A stretch of DNA of 64,000 bases from contig JASANG010003345.1 in the NCBI GenBank assembly GCA_030248215.1, forward strand, positions 124,001 to 188,000. Reading direction: 5' to 3'. Every line of letters starts with the position of its first letter. Within the stretch, counting starts at the first letter, position 1. Origin of the DNA: Enoplolaimus lenunculus (taxonomy: Eukaryota). Below are positions 22,990 through 37,265 of this stretch, one piece after another. The notes below the pieces were generated by a model that worked only from the letters and a program-made list of their open reading frames with translations, was not told the DNA's origin and ran no database searches. Position numbers and translations under genes: made by a program.

Positions 22990-25900
22990 TTCGCCGAAAC
23001 GTCACTTAACAATGAAAACGTTTCAAAATCAAATATTGAAAAAATTTGTAAAAATGTTCATCGTGGACAGAGTCTTCAAGTTCTCGCCAGTGTGATTGGC
23101 TGATCACTGAGTGGCAGCAACAAGCAGCTAAAACGACAAATGATGTGGACAAATGGGAATTATGCGGTGATTGGTTATTAATATTTTAAACTGTTGAAGT
23201 TTAGAATAGAACAGCTGAGACTTGATTCTTGTTCTTTTAAATGGTATACTTTGATTTGGATATATTTGCTACAGTCAGGGCTTAGGGTTTCGCTTTTTGA
23301 TCCGCTAGATTCCATGCGTATTAATAATGTTTTGCCGTTAACACCAGGGTTGATGACCGGTGGAATAGGTTCCGGTGAACAAGATTTTAAAAATTACTGT
23401 TATGTGCGGTCAAACATAATTTGTTTTTGTCACCGCCATTGGGCAGCGATGACTATTGTTTTCGTTTGAGTCAGATTTCAAAGAACTGTGCGCTTTAAAT
23501 ACGATATATTGCCTGGGGTTTCGAAACTCCACTTAAGTACAATTTCATTCTTAAGTATTTGCTAAAGTAACTACTACTTATACAACTTATCGTTTCTGAA
23601 ACGGGACCATAATTTCCAATACTTTGTTTCATTCCAAAAAGTTAAATATTTACTAAAGTCGGCGACTTAAGTAAGACTTAAGCATAAATTAAGTAAATAA
23701 GTAAGATTTCAGAAACCCAGCCAAAGATTTTGTTGAAAATACTAAACATTGGATGGATTTCGGAAACTGTACTCAAGTATGACTTGGTACTATGTTGGAC
23801 GTATATCCGCCAAGTTTTAACCACACGAAATTGTACGAAAAGTTGAAACAAAACGCACAAAACAAATAAATTTGGTAAAATTCTGTAAAATTTCGTTACC
23901 AAAATTTCCAGAACTTCCGCCAGAAATTCTATCGGTGCCAGAGCCGGAGGTCGATTTTCTGCCGGAACCGAAGCCAGAGGCAGACCTCCGGTTGTACCCT
24001 ATAAGTTCAATTTGTGAGGATTTAAAGCAATCAATAAATATCGAAAATTTCACATATTGTTTGTTGAAACCAAGCAAATTGTTCTGTGACTTGTGCAAAA
24101 ACGACTTACAATTATATACATAATTTAGTTAAATACTTAAACCGGTATAGTATCTTTGAAGGAGCTGCCTCGAGCTGACAACAAACTTAACTTTACAATC
24201 ATACGTTTTGTTAGTTTTTTGGTTATGGAGACTTAAAATCGGAATAATTTATTATTAAATTGAAAGTTTGGATTAATACAACGACGAAAAGGTTGTCGTT
24301 GTCCTACTCACTTTGGTGAGTACTTGTTCTATATACGTTTCATTACAGAACTACTAAAATAGTTTTAATTATCAGTTAGGGTTATGCGTGCTTATAAATT
24401 TCTTTAAATTAAACTAATAGATCATCCACGTAATAATGCTCACACTATTGTAAAAAAATTGCCCAGGCTTAGGTTACGCCTAATGCTACGTTAAGAAACT
24501 CAGTCAGAAGTATATTTATAGTTAGAGCTAATCTCTGTCCAGAACCCAAGGACAAAACCAACTTCCTGTTTTAATACAGTATCTCTATTGTCACTACGAC
24601 ATGAGTACACAGTGCATAATTTCCTAACATTATAGTGTCTCTTACACGTCATAATATGCGTGCGCTTCCCACATACAACGTCCGAAGTATAGTTAGCTGC
24701 ACGGATTATATAAGTATTGCGCAAACGGTATTGTCAATATATATATAGTTATAGCGTCGCTATTTACAGAAAATGTCCCACAACTACACAATAGATGTGG
24801 AATGACTGATATTTAGATAGTTTATTTGAAAAATAACTAAACTAAGTACCTAAATTTAGTTCTTGAATTTTTTTCCTAACTAAATATTTTGGCTAAAATT
24901 GAAAATTTCCGCCAGGATTTGAATAAGCCAAAATTGGAACTTTCCACCTAATCCTTTAGTTTTTCCACCAAAGATCTACACTTCAGACGAATCTTATTTT
25001 CCCGCCAAAATTTGAATTTTACCACAAAATGCGAATTTTCGCGCAAAAAGTCAATTGACTTTAATAGAACAAACAGTTATAATTTGGCCAGTGTGTGAAA
25101 GGCTCAGTTAAGCAGTAGCGCCGTTATGCGTATTCACGATGCAGTATTGTTGGCCAATTTCCATCTAAAAATTGACAAAAACAAAGATAAATCCAAACGA
25201 AAAACATGGTACAATAACCGAATTCGCCATATACACGGACACTAGAAACGATACGCCCTGTAACGCAAATGCTGAAAAATGCTCAATAACACTGAAACCC
25301 GAACTCGTTCACAGATAACCGTTTTAGGCGCAGATGGCTTTATATACTTGTTTTACAGCGCGTAAATTTCAATTCGATTGTTGTTTTCGGCTTCATTTCA
25401 GTATTTTGTATTTTGTAGCTGAAATTTCTGAAAAGGCGATGCTTCAGCCAATGTAGGCCGAGGTAAAATGTTCGCCAGTTCAAGGTGGACGCGATGTAGG
25501 TCATATCAGGCTAAGTCACAAGCGCAAGCACACATGACACAGCTACATCTTGGTTCTCACAGTTGCAAGGATTCCGAGGTCAGTCCCAACGCTATCGTTT
25601 GTGACTTCAGTCGAATATTGCAATGCTGGCTGAATCGTTACCACGTACAAGGGATTTCCGCCCTTGCCTATTCATGTGTGCACTCAAATGCTTGTGGATT
25701 TGTAACTCTTCGTGTGTGGCGAATCCTCTAGATCATATACAATGTCTTCTTGCTAAGAACAAAACATACCACCATAAGTTAAGATGGCTATGGGTACTCT
25801 CGAAAAACTTAAGCTTAAATTATAGCTTAACTATTAAACTTGAATATCAGTTTAAGTAAAACTTAAATGGCTGGACGGACTAACTAAACTAGAATTTTAA

Positions 25901-27629
25901 GTTTTACTTAAACTAACGTGTTTTCAAGTTTAACACGAGATTAAGTAAACTTATTTTTAGATTAAGTAACAAGTGCAGCAGTGTATTTGAGAGTTCATTA
26001 AGTTTAGCTTAAATTAACATTTTAAATGAGTTTAAGCGTAAACCTACAGTTAGTTCAATTAATCTAGAAAGTTAGTTTAATATTGGCGGACTAGCTTAAG
26101 TTTAAATCAAGGTAGTTTAAGCTTTTAGAGAGTAGGCGTCATTATTAATAACTTTTATACTTATAACGAAGCCCTCTTAGAAAGCTGCGTCATGCTGTTT
26201 GGATTGTCAATTGTACCAACGACATTTCAGTGGTTCATGAAAATGGATTACGTTCTGCTGAAGATTTGACTTTGTTACTTCTGTCACAGCTAAATATTTT
26301 TAGCACCAGCTTTTCAGCGCAAAGAAATTGGTTACCACGATTTTTTTGGTTTATTGGATCGTTTATCGGTATAAGATATACAAATAAGTATCCGGCCAAG
26401 TTTCTAGTTGCACAGATAATACACAGTAAGAATAGGATTGGGTTAACACATAAAGCTGGTAACATTCACGCAATAAAACTAAAATTGCAGTTAGGATTCG
26501 ATATAATTCGCCGCTCTCCCTTTCGATCTTTTACGATATTCCTATTTATACCGTGCTACCGACATTTCAAATTAGCACAAAAATTTCAAACATTTCAATG
26601 TAAAATGTTAAATTCTTTCAAATAGTTTAACTGTAATGTCAAAAACAGCTTGTAACTCTTCAATTTTGCTCGTTATTCTGGGCACCAGTAACAATGATAT
26701 TAAATATAATCCGTCCATACAGCGCATCCCTGCGATATTTATATTGTTCTCCTTGCACAAACTGCCGCAATATTTCAACCACCTCTAAACTTCAATAAAT
26801 CCATCAGTTTATTTTTCGATAACATTCAAAAGATTGCAAATACCAGACATATCCGTCCGCTAACTTGAAATTGCAAGGGAGCAACATATCCAATAGAATC
26901 CTAAATTAAAACTGTATTTTGGTGGACTCTATAAAAACTACTTTACTTTTACCAACCTTGTTTTTCAGTAACAGAGACGTAGTTTGAGGTCTTAGTTCTG
27001 AAAGGGGTTTAACCACGTAAAATTTAGTGAGTGCGGAAACTGGAAACTAAAAATGTCCTTTTTCGATCCAATAAATTTTCTCAGGTGGAATTATCTTAGT
27101 TATCCCCCCTTTGTGTACGCCCCTGAGTTTAACACAAATTAGCCCGCAAAATTGCACTTAGGCATAACATATACTCTAAAAATAAATAAAAATCAAAAAA
27201 TTGCTTTTTGAAACCTGTGTAATTTTATTCAATGAAAATTTCCGCTCAAAAAAATCAGTAAACACGCAGCTAAAAGTAAAAACGCGCCCACACAGTCCAT
27301 TTTTTTAAAACGGAAGCGGCTGCAGTTAGAAAGTTTAACCAGCCTACACATCAGGGTTCCAACCGGAACAACATATTGTCGGAACTGGAATCGGAATTTT
27401 GCTGGAACCCTGTCACATGCATATGTACGTTTAAGTCAACATAGGTGGTTTTAATGTGTCACAGCTAAATATTTTTAGCACCACCTTTTGAGCGAAAAGA
27501 AATTGGTTACCACGATTTTTTTGGTTTTGACTAAAATTTCGATTTTTACGAACGTTTTGCATTAATTGTTTTTGATTATCGGCTAAACTACCCCCTCCAG
27601 TCTCATAGTTTCTCCCCCATTCAATGCAT

Positions 27630-28261
27630 TCACTTGGTTACGCCTGCGTTTACCACACAATACGGACTGATGTCTAGCCTCGCCAAATCCTCAGCTTCTT
27701 TTAGCGTTTTTGGCATGTCACGAAAAACTTCTAACTTAGCACTGGACGGCCGTAAGCCACAGAAAATTCTATTACTTACACGGCGGTCAAATGCGGCGTT
27801 ATCCATATTCGGGTACAAACTACGACACGCCCGCTTAATAGCCTTTAAATAGGCTGAAACACTCTCACCCGCTATTACTCCTCTCTAGGGTACCTCATGA
27901 TACATGCCATTCGGGAGTTTTAGCTGGGTTTCTAAACGGGACTAAGTCCGTAACCTTCTTGCTCTAGCACTCGCTCTACCTGCACGGTCCTTTAATCGCG
28001 AGGACCTTTCTTCATCTTATCGTCTATTAGTCTAGTAATCTAGCGTTGCATCTGTTAAATTCTCATCCAAGTCTTAAAGTCAGAACCAGCTAAATCTTCC
28101 CGATAAAACGAGACGGCCAAGGCTGTATCAGCCCCTAAACGAACAAGTTGCAAGATTTGATCAAAATCATCCGTTAAATCTCTCAGGCCTTCATCTAGGC
28201 GCATAGCTAAATATTTTACGACTGTGTCTAACTGCACTAAATTCCGATTAATTGTTTCCAT
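27630..28261 (-). pseudogene. gag-like remnant of the LTR element
   Basis: Broken minus-strand ORFs METINRNL...GSDFKTWMRI and YPNMDNAAFDRRVSNRIFCGLRPSSAKLEVFRDMPKTLKEAEDLARL resemble the gypsy capsid pattern F..GL...P.TL.EA...A. They lie just downstream of the PBS. Confidence 0.65.
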
Positions 28262-28429
28262 ATTTTTCGTATCACTCGCAACTAATCCGCTAAGGGTACA
28301 GCTCCGAAAAATAGAGTCTCACTACTGGCCCCCCACTCCTTTCACCCTGCCGTACTGGAAAAATGGGCTCTCAGCGTATGGTAGCACTCACTCGAAAATT
28401 GTTTTCAAATTCACTCCCAGATAAAAATT

Positions 28430-31400
28430 ATCCGTGGACCTCCAAATGTGACAGCTAAATATTTTTAGCACAGCTTTTCAGCGAAAAGAAATTGTCCCGA
28501 TTTTTTTGGTTTATTGGATCGTTTATCGGTATAAGACATACAAATAAGTATCCGGCCAAGTTTCTAGTTGCACAGATAATACACAGTAAGAATAGAATTG
28601 GGTTAGGGTCCCTTAGTTGGGACTAACTCTGCTTGGAAAATGTTTCTCTTACTCTAATCACCACTGGAACCGAGGAACAACAAAACAGAAAAAAAACCAA
28701 GCATAACCAAGTTCCAAAAAACACATAAAGCTGGTAACATTCACGCAATAAAACTAAAATTGCAGTTAGGATTCGATATAATTCGCCGCTCTCCCTTTCG
28801 CTCTTTTACGATACTCCTATTTATGCGTCGTTTACTTTAACTCGTGTACGCGGTGTGGAGAAATGCACGAGGTATAGACGACGACTTTTACTGTTTCAAA
28901 ATCAGCAAGTAGCGCTGGTTAAATTTTATATATTTTTAAATTTAAAAATTCAAACCACAACTTCTGAAAAATTTAAAATTACTAGTCGTAAATGGCATGT
29001 TTCCCAGTTTTAGTAACCGTTGCCATTGAAATTTCGAACCTCAGGCCGTTATCAGCTTTTTAACCAAAAATAGTAGTTGATGTTGATTGCGCAAAATTAA
29101 TTTTACACCCGTATGTTGTGTATTTTATATCGTATTGGAGACACCTACTTTATTTCAGCATAGACGCGTTTTTACTCAACCTACTTATGTAGACACGACT
29201 GCTCCAAACGGATTCAAGCACCTTCCTTAGTTAAAATTTAGGTTTGAGCAATCCTTGTTCTAAAACAAGTCAGTCAAGAAGCTGTCTTTAGTAAATACTA
29301 AAGTTTAAACTGTCGTTAGGTAAAAATTAGGTAAGCCACTACTAGCTTAAATTTATTACACTATTTTTACCGCTGTTAAGCCAACAACATGTTGCTGTTT
29401 CTGTTTATAATGAAACTATCATTCAGTGCTTTTTTCATATTTTATTTTTTATATTTTTAGATTTTTTAAAATATTAAAAAAGGCCAGCTGGTCAGTTTTT
29501 ATGAGCAACACAGTGTTTGTTGGAATCTTGCTAGAGGGGGCTGGACGTTGACAAGACCAAGTGGCCATGCGCAAAAAATCTAATTGATTTCAACATACCG
29601 TATATTTTTAAGCCTAAGAATTTAAAACCTACTCTTTTAAATATGCATCCACCAGAACCTGTGACCAAAGCACGCCAAAAATCCTATCCCGCCTTCCTCC
29701 AGTGCGGACAGTAAAAAGCATAAAACATCCTAGCTTGCGTATGCAAGGGCCCCGACCTTTAAAGCCATTTTAACATTGAATTGTGGATCCTCTCGTGTGC
29801 CAAAAAAGATTCTACATGTATGTTTCATTTGTATAAAAAAGCAAAACGATGTGTGAAAAAGAAAGATAAACAAAGAAACCTTCACACCTCAGACAGAAAA
29901 TAAAAAATTAAATTTTTAATACGAAAAGTTTTTGTTGTTTGCAGGCTTGTAGAGCTTGAATTGTAGCTTTCAAAAACAAACTGGGTCCAATATAGGGCAC
30001 GATTTTTATAACTGACCTCGTCAGTATAGTCCGAGTTTTGATTTAAAAATTTTAAAAAGCATCGAACGAAGTTATAAAATTTTTTATAGATGCCAAAACT
30101 AGCAAAACAAATCGCGGTGGGACCTCCAAATGTGTCACAGCTAAATATTTTTAGCACCAGCTTTTCAGCGAAAAGAAATTGGTTACCACGATTTTTTTGG
30201 TTTATTGGATCGTTTATCGGTATAAGACATACAAATAAGTATCCGGCCAAGTTTCTAGTTGCACAGATAATACACAGTAAGAATAGAATTGGGTTAGGGT
30301 CCCTTAGTTGGGACTAACTCTGCTTGGAAAATGTTTCTCTTACTCTAATCACCACTGGAACCGAGGAACAACAAAACAGAAAAAAAACCAAGCATACCAA
30401 GTTCCAAAAAACACATAAAGCTACATTCACATAAAACTAAAATTCAGTTAGGATTCGATATATTCGCCGCTCTCCTTTCGCTCTTTTCGATCTCCTATTT
30501 ATGCGCGTTTACTTTCTGTCGCGGTGTGAGAATACGAGATGCCGACTTTTACTGTTTCAAAATCAGCAAGTACGCTGGTTAATTTTATATATTTTTAAAT
30601 TTAAAAATTCAAACCACAACTTCTGAAAAATTTAAAATTACTAGTCGTAAATGGCATGTTTCCCAGTTTTAGTAACCGTTGCCATTGAAATTTCGAAACC
30701 TAAGGCCGTTATCAGCTTTTTAACCAAAAATAGTAGTTGATGTTGATTGCGCAAAATTAATTTACACCCGTATGTTGTGTATTTTATATCGTATTGGAAC
30801 ACCTACTTTATTTCCGACATAGACTGCGTTTTTCTACCTACTTATGTCAGTCTCTCCAAAACGATAACACCTTCCTTAGTTAAAATTTAGGTTTGAGCAA
30901 TCCTTTTTCTAACAAGTCAGTCAAGAGCTGTCTTTAGTAAATACTAAAGATTAAGGACTGTCGTTAGGTAAAAATTAGGTGCAAGCCACTGTACTAGCTG
31001 TAATTTATTACACTATTTTTCCCGCACTTTTAGCCACACATGTTGCTGTTTCTGTTTATAAATGAAACTATATTCCAGTGCTTTTTTCATATTTTATTTT
31101 TTATATTTTTAGAATTTTTTAAAATATTAAAAAAGTGCCAGCTGGTCAGTTTTTATGAGCCACACACAGTGTTTGTTGGAATCTTGCTAGAGGGGGCTGG
31201 AAACGTTGAGCAAGACCAAGTGGGCCATGCGCAAAAAATCTAATTGATTTCAACATACCGTATATTTTTAAGCCTAAGAATTTAAAACCTACTCTTTTAA
31301 ATATGCATCCACCAGAAACCTGGATGAACCAAAGCACGCCAAAAATCCTATCCCGACCTTGGCCTACAACAGTGCCGGAACAGTAAAAAGCATAAAAGGC

Positions 31401-31792
31401 CATGCCTAGCTTGCGTATGCAAGGGCCCCGACCTTTAAAAGCCATTTTAACATTGAATTGTGGATGCCTCTCGTGTGCCAAAAAAGATTCTACATGTATG
31501 TTTCATTTGTATAAAAAAGCAAAAACGATGTGTGAAAAAGAAAGATAAACAAAGAAACCTTCACACCTGGACAGAACAGAAAATAAAAAATTAAATTTTT
31601 AATACGAAAAGTTTTTGTTGTTTGCAGGCTTGTAGAGCTTGAATTGTAGCTTTCAAAAACAAACTGGGTCCAATATAGGGCACGATTTTTATAACTGACC
31701 TCGTCAGTATAGTCCGAGTTTTGATTTAAAAATTTTAAAAAGCATCGAACGAAGTTATAAAATTTTTTATAGATGCCAAAACTAGCAAAACA
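28430..31792. repeat. 1.68 kb tandem duplication (28430-30110 / 30111-31792), probably an assembly artefact
   Basis: The two copies differ mostly by scattered 1-3 nt deletions, concentrated in alternating parts of each copy. Confidence 0.8.
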
Positions 31793-32415
31793 CGAACTCC
31801 TTCACACAACCAACAGAAACGCGGACGCCACATTGGTCCCTTTTATATATAAGGGTCCTTTAAGCGTTAAAAAATCGAAATGGTTGCTTCACAAGCTCTC
31901 CAAACCGGAATGCAGGATATTAAAAGCCATCTACAAGAGTATTGATGCATTATAGAAGACCGTTGTTACCTTTGAATTGAGAAGTTAGACACCGTTCTTG
32001 CTTTAAATTCAACATTAAGTAGCTGTTCTTGGCATGCAATCGAAAATTGCTAACGACAACATCTAGGGTTTGCGTAGACATAGCAGTAGTTCCTTGTTCT
32101 ATTCGAATTTTTTAGAGAGCGTTATTAAGCCACACTAGATAAGTTGAGGCAACGACAGCTACCCTATTTTGATAAAGTATAGAGGCTGTCGTTAAGTGAT
32201 ATAGTTTGACCAGTAGCCGCCAATTGATATTTAAAAGTAAACAATATGTTTTGTTTCAAAACTGTTTTGTTAAAATAAATTTTAAACGACAACACCTATG
32301 CCTTTCGAATTCGATTAGCTGTCGTTACTAAAGTTTAGAAGTAACATCAATAAGCAAGCGTCTATACCTCGTGCATTTCTCCACACTGCGTACACGAGTT
32401 AAAGTAAACGACGCA
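28824..32415. mobile_element. PIF/Harbinger-like DNA element, 57 bp TIR, TTA TSD (true size ~1.9 kb once the duplication is collapsed)
   Basis: TTA|TGCGTCGTTTACTTTAACTCGTGTACGC...GCGTACACGAGTTAAAGTAAACGACGCA|TTA. The empty site CCTATTTATACCG is preserved in the other LTR at ~26541-26553. Confidence 0.8.
30111..30128 (-). promoter_or_regulatory. Retrotransposon primer-binding site complementary to the tRNA-Gln 3' end
   Basis: Minus strand TGGAGGTCCCACCGCGAT, 2-4 nt from the LTR end. The + strand ATCGCGGTGGGACCTCCA resembles the 3' end of metazoan tRNA-Gln (...TCTCGGTGGGACCT-CCA, from memory). Confidence 0.7.
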
Positions 32416-35400
32416 TTATACCGTGCTGCCGACATTTCAAATTACCACAAAAATTTCAAACATTTCAATATAAAATGTTAAATTCTTTCAAATAGTTTAA
32501 CTGTAATGTCAAAAACAGCTTGTAACTCTTCAATTTTGCTCGTTATTCTGGGCACCAGTAACAATGATATTAAATATAATCCGTCCATACAGCGCATCCC
32601 TGCGATATTAATATTGTTCTCCTTGCACAAACTGCCGCAATATTTCAACCATCTCGAAACTTCAATAAATCCATCAGTTTATTTTTCGATAACATTCAAT
32701 AGATTGCAAATACCAGACATATCCGTCCGCTAACTTGGAATCGCAAAAGCCTCTAGTCAAAACAATCTGAAAAGATATTATGAAACTTTACGGGTCTCAA
32801 TTGTGATATTCTCGCGCATTTTTAAACAAAATATAATTTGCTATCTGCAGTTTCTTTAAGGGAGCAACATATCCAATAGAATCCTAAATTAAAACTGTAT
32901 TTTGGTGCACTCTATAAAAACTACTTTACTTTTACCAACCTTGTTTTTCACTAACAGAGGCGTAGTTTGAGGTCTTAGTTCTGAAAGGGGTTTAACCACG
33001 TAAAATTTAGTGAGTGCGGAAACTGGAAACTAAAAATGTCCTTTTTCGATCCAATAAATGTTCTCAGGTGGAATTATCTTAGTTATCCCCCCTTTGTGTA
33101 CGCCCCTGGGTTTAACACAAATTATCCCGCAAAATTACACTTAAGCATAACATATACTCTAAAAATAAATAAAAATCAAAAAATTGCTTTTTGAAACCTG
33201 TGTATTATTTTTATTCAATGAAAATTTCCGCTCAAAAAATCAGTAAACACGCAGCTAAAAGTAAAAACGCGCCCACGCAGTCCATTTTTTTAAAACGGAA
33301 GCGGCTGCAGTTAGAAAGTTTAACCAGCCTACACATCAGGGTTCCAACCGGAACAACATATTGTCGGAACTGGAATCGGAATCGGAATTTTGCTGGAACT
33401 CGGTCACATGCATATGTACGTTTAAGTCAACATAGGTGGTTTTCACACTTCGATGACACCATCATATATTGTCCAAGAGTCAACGTGCACCGTCTGATTA
33501 TTTCGCTATTAAACCTGTGGCAAATCCAGAATATCCGCTTGGACCAGCTGCAGCATCTACTCGTCGGCTCACTTTGATTATGTTTGAATAAAAAAGCAAA
33601 AAACAAGGATTTTGTACAGTTTTGTTTACATTTAATGTTAAAGGTTAGCTTTAAGCAAAAGCGTAGGCAAGTTTTTAGACTTCGTTTAAAGTTTAGGTAA
33701 GTAAAAGTTTAGGCTCAGGTTTAGGTAATGCAAATCCAATGCGTGCGGTCATGGGAAAAGTCTACAAGAGCCAAAACTGCGAACAGATTTCTGCTGGGCG
33801 CAGCTGCTGACTAACTGCAAAAGGTTCAGGCTTAAACGCCTAGGCAAAATCGTGGTTGTTGTACAATGTGTACAAAAGCATTAAATCATAAAAGCCAGGT
33901 AAGAAAAAGCTTGCAGGCTAAACATGCAAATAAATATCTATACGCCTCTTAAACCGCAAAGTTTCACGAAAACTAACACCGAAGCCCACGGACGGACAAA
34001 CGAGCAAACAACCTACTCAATTAGCTTTGTTTGCAAAAACAAGGTAAGATTAGCATAACGAGGTAAATTTGCATAAAATAAAATCTCTATATTCGAACGA
34101 TAGTACGATTTGAAATTAATAGCGTGATTTGCAGTAATATCGATAGAATGCTTCCAAGATCTTAAAGAAATTTCTGAACATACAATGTTTAACGCTGGTA
34201 TTTCTATCTAAATGACACCGCTTACAAACACACCCAAAACGGACCGTGGCGTCTCTTATTCAGTTTTAGAAGTCGCTTACACTATTTGTGACTACAGTTT
34301 TTCACACAAAAATACACAATATATTCACTCAATAAAATAGCCTAAAACTACTACTGGTTTTAGTAGAAGATTTTTGTTAAGTGAACCATAAAGACAATTC
34401 GTTACTACTGTCATTTCACTAAAAATGCCTAAGCCTACTCTATTGCAGTTTCGCGCAAAAACGTTCCGCCGCTGATCTTTACATGGGCCTGAATATCCAA
34501 CATTTAATAGATTACACATGGTCGTAGAATGAAGTAAACAATCAATTCACGACATAGAAGAAACATCCAATCCCGGTTGCGTTACTGTAATTCTTAGCGT
34601 CAAATTACCTAAAGCCACAAACCTCTACCTATAGGATACTTTTCGAAAATTTTTATTTTGAATTCAATTCGAACAAACTTTAAAATCAAATTTACAAAAT
34701 TTTGGTTTGAAGAAATTTGTTTCTGCAATTTTCATTTTCATTCTTCTATACATCAGGATTTTCATAATGCTAAATTACTCAAACTGATAAATTCTTTGCA
34801 GCACATTGACTGAGTTTCTGAAATCTTGCTTAAAAATTTACTTAAGCTTTGCTTATAAGTAATTACTTAAGTCGCTGACTTTAGCAAATACTTAACTTTT
34901 CGAACAAAATAAGTAAACGCCAAATGTGAGCCATTGTCATAACAAAAATGTAATAGTTTTGATTTATATTAAGGAGGCTCCACGAGCCTGCGATTTCAGT
35001 TGAATCGAGGTTTGTATACCTGAACGGTTAATTTGTAATCTATCAGTTTAGTCAGCGGCTAAGTACGCTTTTAGAAACGACAAAATGGCTAAGTAATTAC
35101 TTAGCACGTACTTAAGTACCAAGTGATGCTTACGTAGGGTCTCAGGAATCCAAACCAATATTTTAATTTGAAGACACCCAAAAGCTGAATATAACCGCAG
35201 ATGTATAAATGAACGTTTGTATTAAACCAAAATACCTCAGGAATTAACAATTTCCGTAAAACTTTTTTGCGTCAAGGAATATTATTGATTTATATATAGG
35301 TGGTGAAAGGGGGTTAATTTGTACTTTGCAAAGATTTTGAGGAATTGAAATATGTGTGACCTCACGAGCTGAACAACGCTGCAAACGCAAATTTACTGAT

Positions 35401-36996
35401 CTTAAATCAATATAAATTTTCAAAATTTTCAATTCAATAAATGGTGCATTAAATTAAATATCAATCTATGCCACCATATAAACTTTTAACTAAAGACTAA
35501 AAGTGAAATTTATTAAAGTGTCGTATTTTAGAACAGAAATCCGTTTTTTCCAAACAGTGTAAGCAAATTATTCTGGATGATGCATTACATGCAAACACGT
35601 GACACTGCTCACCGTATTAATGACTGAATGTTGTCATAATTCTAGCTAACCTTTCTGGTTTAACATACGTCAAGCACCGGTAGAAATGGACTTGCCCTGT
35701 AGCCCCAGTGTCGATTTTTACCGTTGTTCAATCTGCTGTTAGGATGGGCAAGCGATCGGTAGCTGCGCCAACGTTGTGTCTAAGGCGCCCGTTAAAATGC
35801 TAAAATGGCGAAAACGTGTCGTCTGAGAGATAAAGCTGTCTACGCTTTACATTTCTTTGACCACAAACGCTTAATCTCAACAGGGCGTAATATTACAGTT
35901 CGTAGCGTTGACTTTAGCGTTCCAGCAAATTTGGTATCGGGTAATCAGCAAAAAATAGCCAATCGCCTTACACATCGGCAACATTTCAACAACCTCGATG
36001 CACTTTTTCATCGGAAATGCCTCATGCTTCAAATCCTTGGTTAGCCAAACGTTTTTTGCTAAAGATTCTCAAGATGTGACTGCATTTCCACAATAAACCA
36101 GTCTACTGGCATTTTGGCACTTCGGAAATGTAAAATGCAGCTTGTAGAAATGACAGCGATATAGAAAATATGGCCGTACTTTCGTGGCAATTTTTAATTT
36201 TGTTCTCTTAAAATAGTTTTTCCTGTGTGTTCAACTACAATTGATACTTCTCTAATTTTAATAATGCTTGCTATACAGTTCACGTTCCTGCTAATAGTAT
36301 CTGTTAGCATGCGACATTGCATATTTTTGCGTACGACATGTTTTTGTTGTTTCATTGCAGCCTGCTTGCAGCCGTTTTCGTACAAATTTTCGGGGGTGGC
36401 AACTTGCTCGCGTTCTAATATTTTGACCCTGAAGACTGACTGCTCCTGGTGCTAGTTTTTCCAGCGGTCCATTCAATCCCTCTGATTCAAAAAGAGCGAA
36501 TATACCTTAAATACGTTGAATTTGCTTGTTATTTTTAGTTCCACACTGAACACTCTTGATGTCACTACTTGGAAAAGTTTAAAATAAAAATGAGTGCTAT
36601 GGCACAAAAATTATGCTTTGTTTTGTATCGTGTATTTGTCAACAGTAATCAACTGTACACCAATCTCGGTCTCGCAGTATCGGCCAGTCTCGGTATTTGG
36701 CAGGTCTGGTTTCTTGAGTCTCGGTAATTTGGAACTGACACTATGCATTGCTAAGAGTTGAACGAAAAATTAAAATATGTAGAAATGTGTGCGCGAATTT
36801 TAGGTTATAGCAAGTGAAATGCTGTAATACGGAATGCTTTGCGCTGTTATAGTATTCCGGTTGACTAATTTTTCTTATTGTGTTTTATACCCCGTCAACG
36901 GGTTTTACGGTACAGTTTCATGAACCAGGTAATTACGCAATACTGAAGTACGTTTTGAAAACCGCAAACAGTTGATTAAAACCTTATAAAAATTGT

Positions 36997-37265
36997 GGCA
37001 CCTGTATAGAACAGGGCCAGATCGTTTTCCAGAGGAGCTGTAGGAGATTCGTTTTAAACTTTAGACTAAATTGTTCGCTTAGGCTTAGGCTTAGGCTTAG
37101 GCTAAGGAATAGGCTCATCCTTACGCTCAGGCTTAGGCTTAGGCTTAGGCTTAGGCTAAGGAATAGGCTCATCCTAACGCTCAGGCTTAGGCATAGGCTT
37201 AGGCTTAGGCTTACGCGTACGCTTACGCTTATACTAATGTTTCGGCCCAGTGCTATACAAGAGCC
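36997..37265. mobile_element. GG...CC MITE carrying (TTAGGC)n
   Basis: Termini GGCACCTGTATAGAACAGGGCC / GGCCCAGTGCTATACAAGAGCC with flanks AAAATTGT/AAAATTAT; TTAGGC tract at ~37077-37213. Confidence 0.7.

Larger units (their letters stand above)
26282..33447 (-). mobile_element. Non-autonomous (gag-only) LTR retrotransposon with long LTRs, nested insertion and internal duplication
   Basis: Direct repeats at 26282-27452 and 30133-33447 (the latter interrupted). Outer termini TGT...ACA with CTTC on both sides (26278-26281, 33448-33451). PBS at 30111-30128 and a gag-like remnant at ~27630-28261. Confidence 0.75.

Noticed and set aside
26230..33580. Exon-like sequence interrupted by the LTR element (VHENGLRSAEDLTLLLR*HHHILSK...)
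   Set aside because: The rejoined frame contains a stop, resembles nothing I recognise, and has no clear donor.
35640..36480. Coding-like stretch, possibly a decayed transposase
   Set aside because: No catalytic motif or TIR pair could be identified by eye; it needs BLASTX.
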